A stretch of DNA of 64,000 nt from an uncultured Planctomycetaceae bacterium (GTDB lineage Bacteria > Planctomycetota > Planctomycetia > Isosphaerales > Isosphaeraceae): NCBI GenBank assembly GCA_963833985.1, contig CAWIAD010000001.1:1952001-2016000 (forward strand). Direction: 5' to 3'. The position numbers and the translations under genes were made by a program. Positions 63,326 through 64,000 of the stretch are shown piece after piece; position 1 is the stretch's first letter, and each line of letters begins with the position of its first letter. Below the pieces are notes generated by a model. That model was not told the origin of the DNA, did not search any database, and saw only the letters and a program-made list of their open reading frames with translations.

Positions 63326-64000
63326 CTAATTATCGCGGTCGATGTCCGTTGATGATTTCCGTGACTCCTCCTCCACGCTGGATGGCTTGTGGTCGTCCGG
63401 TCCAGCCGGAGTTGGCTTGATCCATTTACCCGCGAGTCCGCCCGATTTCAGTTTGGGCAGCAGTCGTTTGACGCAATCGGCGGGTATTGCCATACAGCCA
63501 TATTGCCCTCGATACATGGTGATACCGACAGCCTCTCCGTTTAGATCGACGACGGGTCCACCACACTGGCTGAGCAACAGGGGCATGTCGTGTTCGAACA
63601 GCGTCGGGTAATCGGCGTAGGGTTTTGAGTATGTCAGCGCCACGGCCCCCAATACAAGTTCCAAATCCTGTCGCTGACCGCCTCGGATGAGACGTACGGG
63701 CACCCGCTCGCCCGCAAGATGGTCTTCAACGCACCTGAAAATGTCTTGATCGTCATGGATATCCTTGCCGGCGATCGAGAGGATCACGTCTTCTTGGAGA
63801 ATACCCGTGTCTGGAACGGCTCTGTCTACCAAGTAGCCCGCCTCCGTTCGCTTGCCGAACACACCAGGCCGTTTGGCATGAATCGTAGGGCGGGTGACGC
63901 GCGTCGGGAAGGGACCTGGCAAATTGCGTTGCGGCACACTCACGACGCCCATGGCCAGGGGCATTTCCGACATCCCTGCGGCGGCCAGGATCGTCCCTGC
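63326..64000 (-). CDS. PDZ/trypsin-like protease family protein, 3' part (runs off window)
   Basis: MGVVSV..R, PDZ-like G....DVILSI.G and F..D..L....CGGPVVDL.G..VGI motifs. Confidence 0.75.
   Translation of the reverse strand, partial: AGTILAAAGMSEMPLAMGVVSVPQRNLPGPFPTRVTRPTIHAKRPGVFGKRTEAGYLVDRAVPDTGILQEDVILSIAGKDIHDDQDIFRCVEDHLAGERVPVRLIRGGQRQDLELVLGAVALTYSKPYADYPTLFEHDMPLLLSQCGGPVVDLNGEAVGITMYRGQYGCMAIPADCVKRLLPKLKSGGLAGKWIKPTPAGPDDHKPSSVEEESRKSSTDIDRDN

Overview
GC-rich bacterial chromosome segment. Gene content and motifs (LEPR-XLL-type, DUF1559, PT-HINT, many TPR proteins) point to a planctomycete, probably Isosphaeraceae-like (inference). Housekeeping genes include parA, yebC, dapL, folK, smpB-ssrA, infA, rpsT, yciH, cstA, ispD and a stand-alone coaC. 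An intact-ended ISKra4-family IS lies at 1153-2892. An accessory region follows ssrA with three toxin-antitoxin modules, two of them bracketed by a 64-bp direct repeat. The most striking feature is a three-level nest at about 44.0-48.2 kb: a REP-like palindrome is interrupted in its loop by a group II intron (44097-48105, minus strand), and the intron's RT gene is itself split inside the QGAPI/SPLL motif by a minimal 2-kb element. That element carries a 66-aa ORF and a large serine recombinase, bounded by perfect 23-bp inverted ends sharing a GATC core. Removing it restores an uninterrupted 432-aa RT. About ten ordinary genes show single frameshifts, suggesting indel errors in the assembly. 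All calls come from reading the sequence and motifs by eye; no database searches were run.
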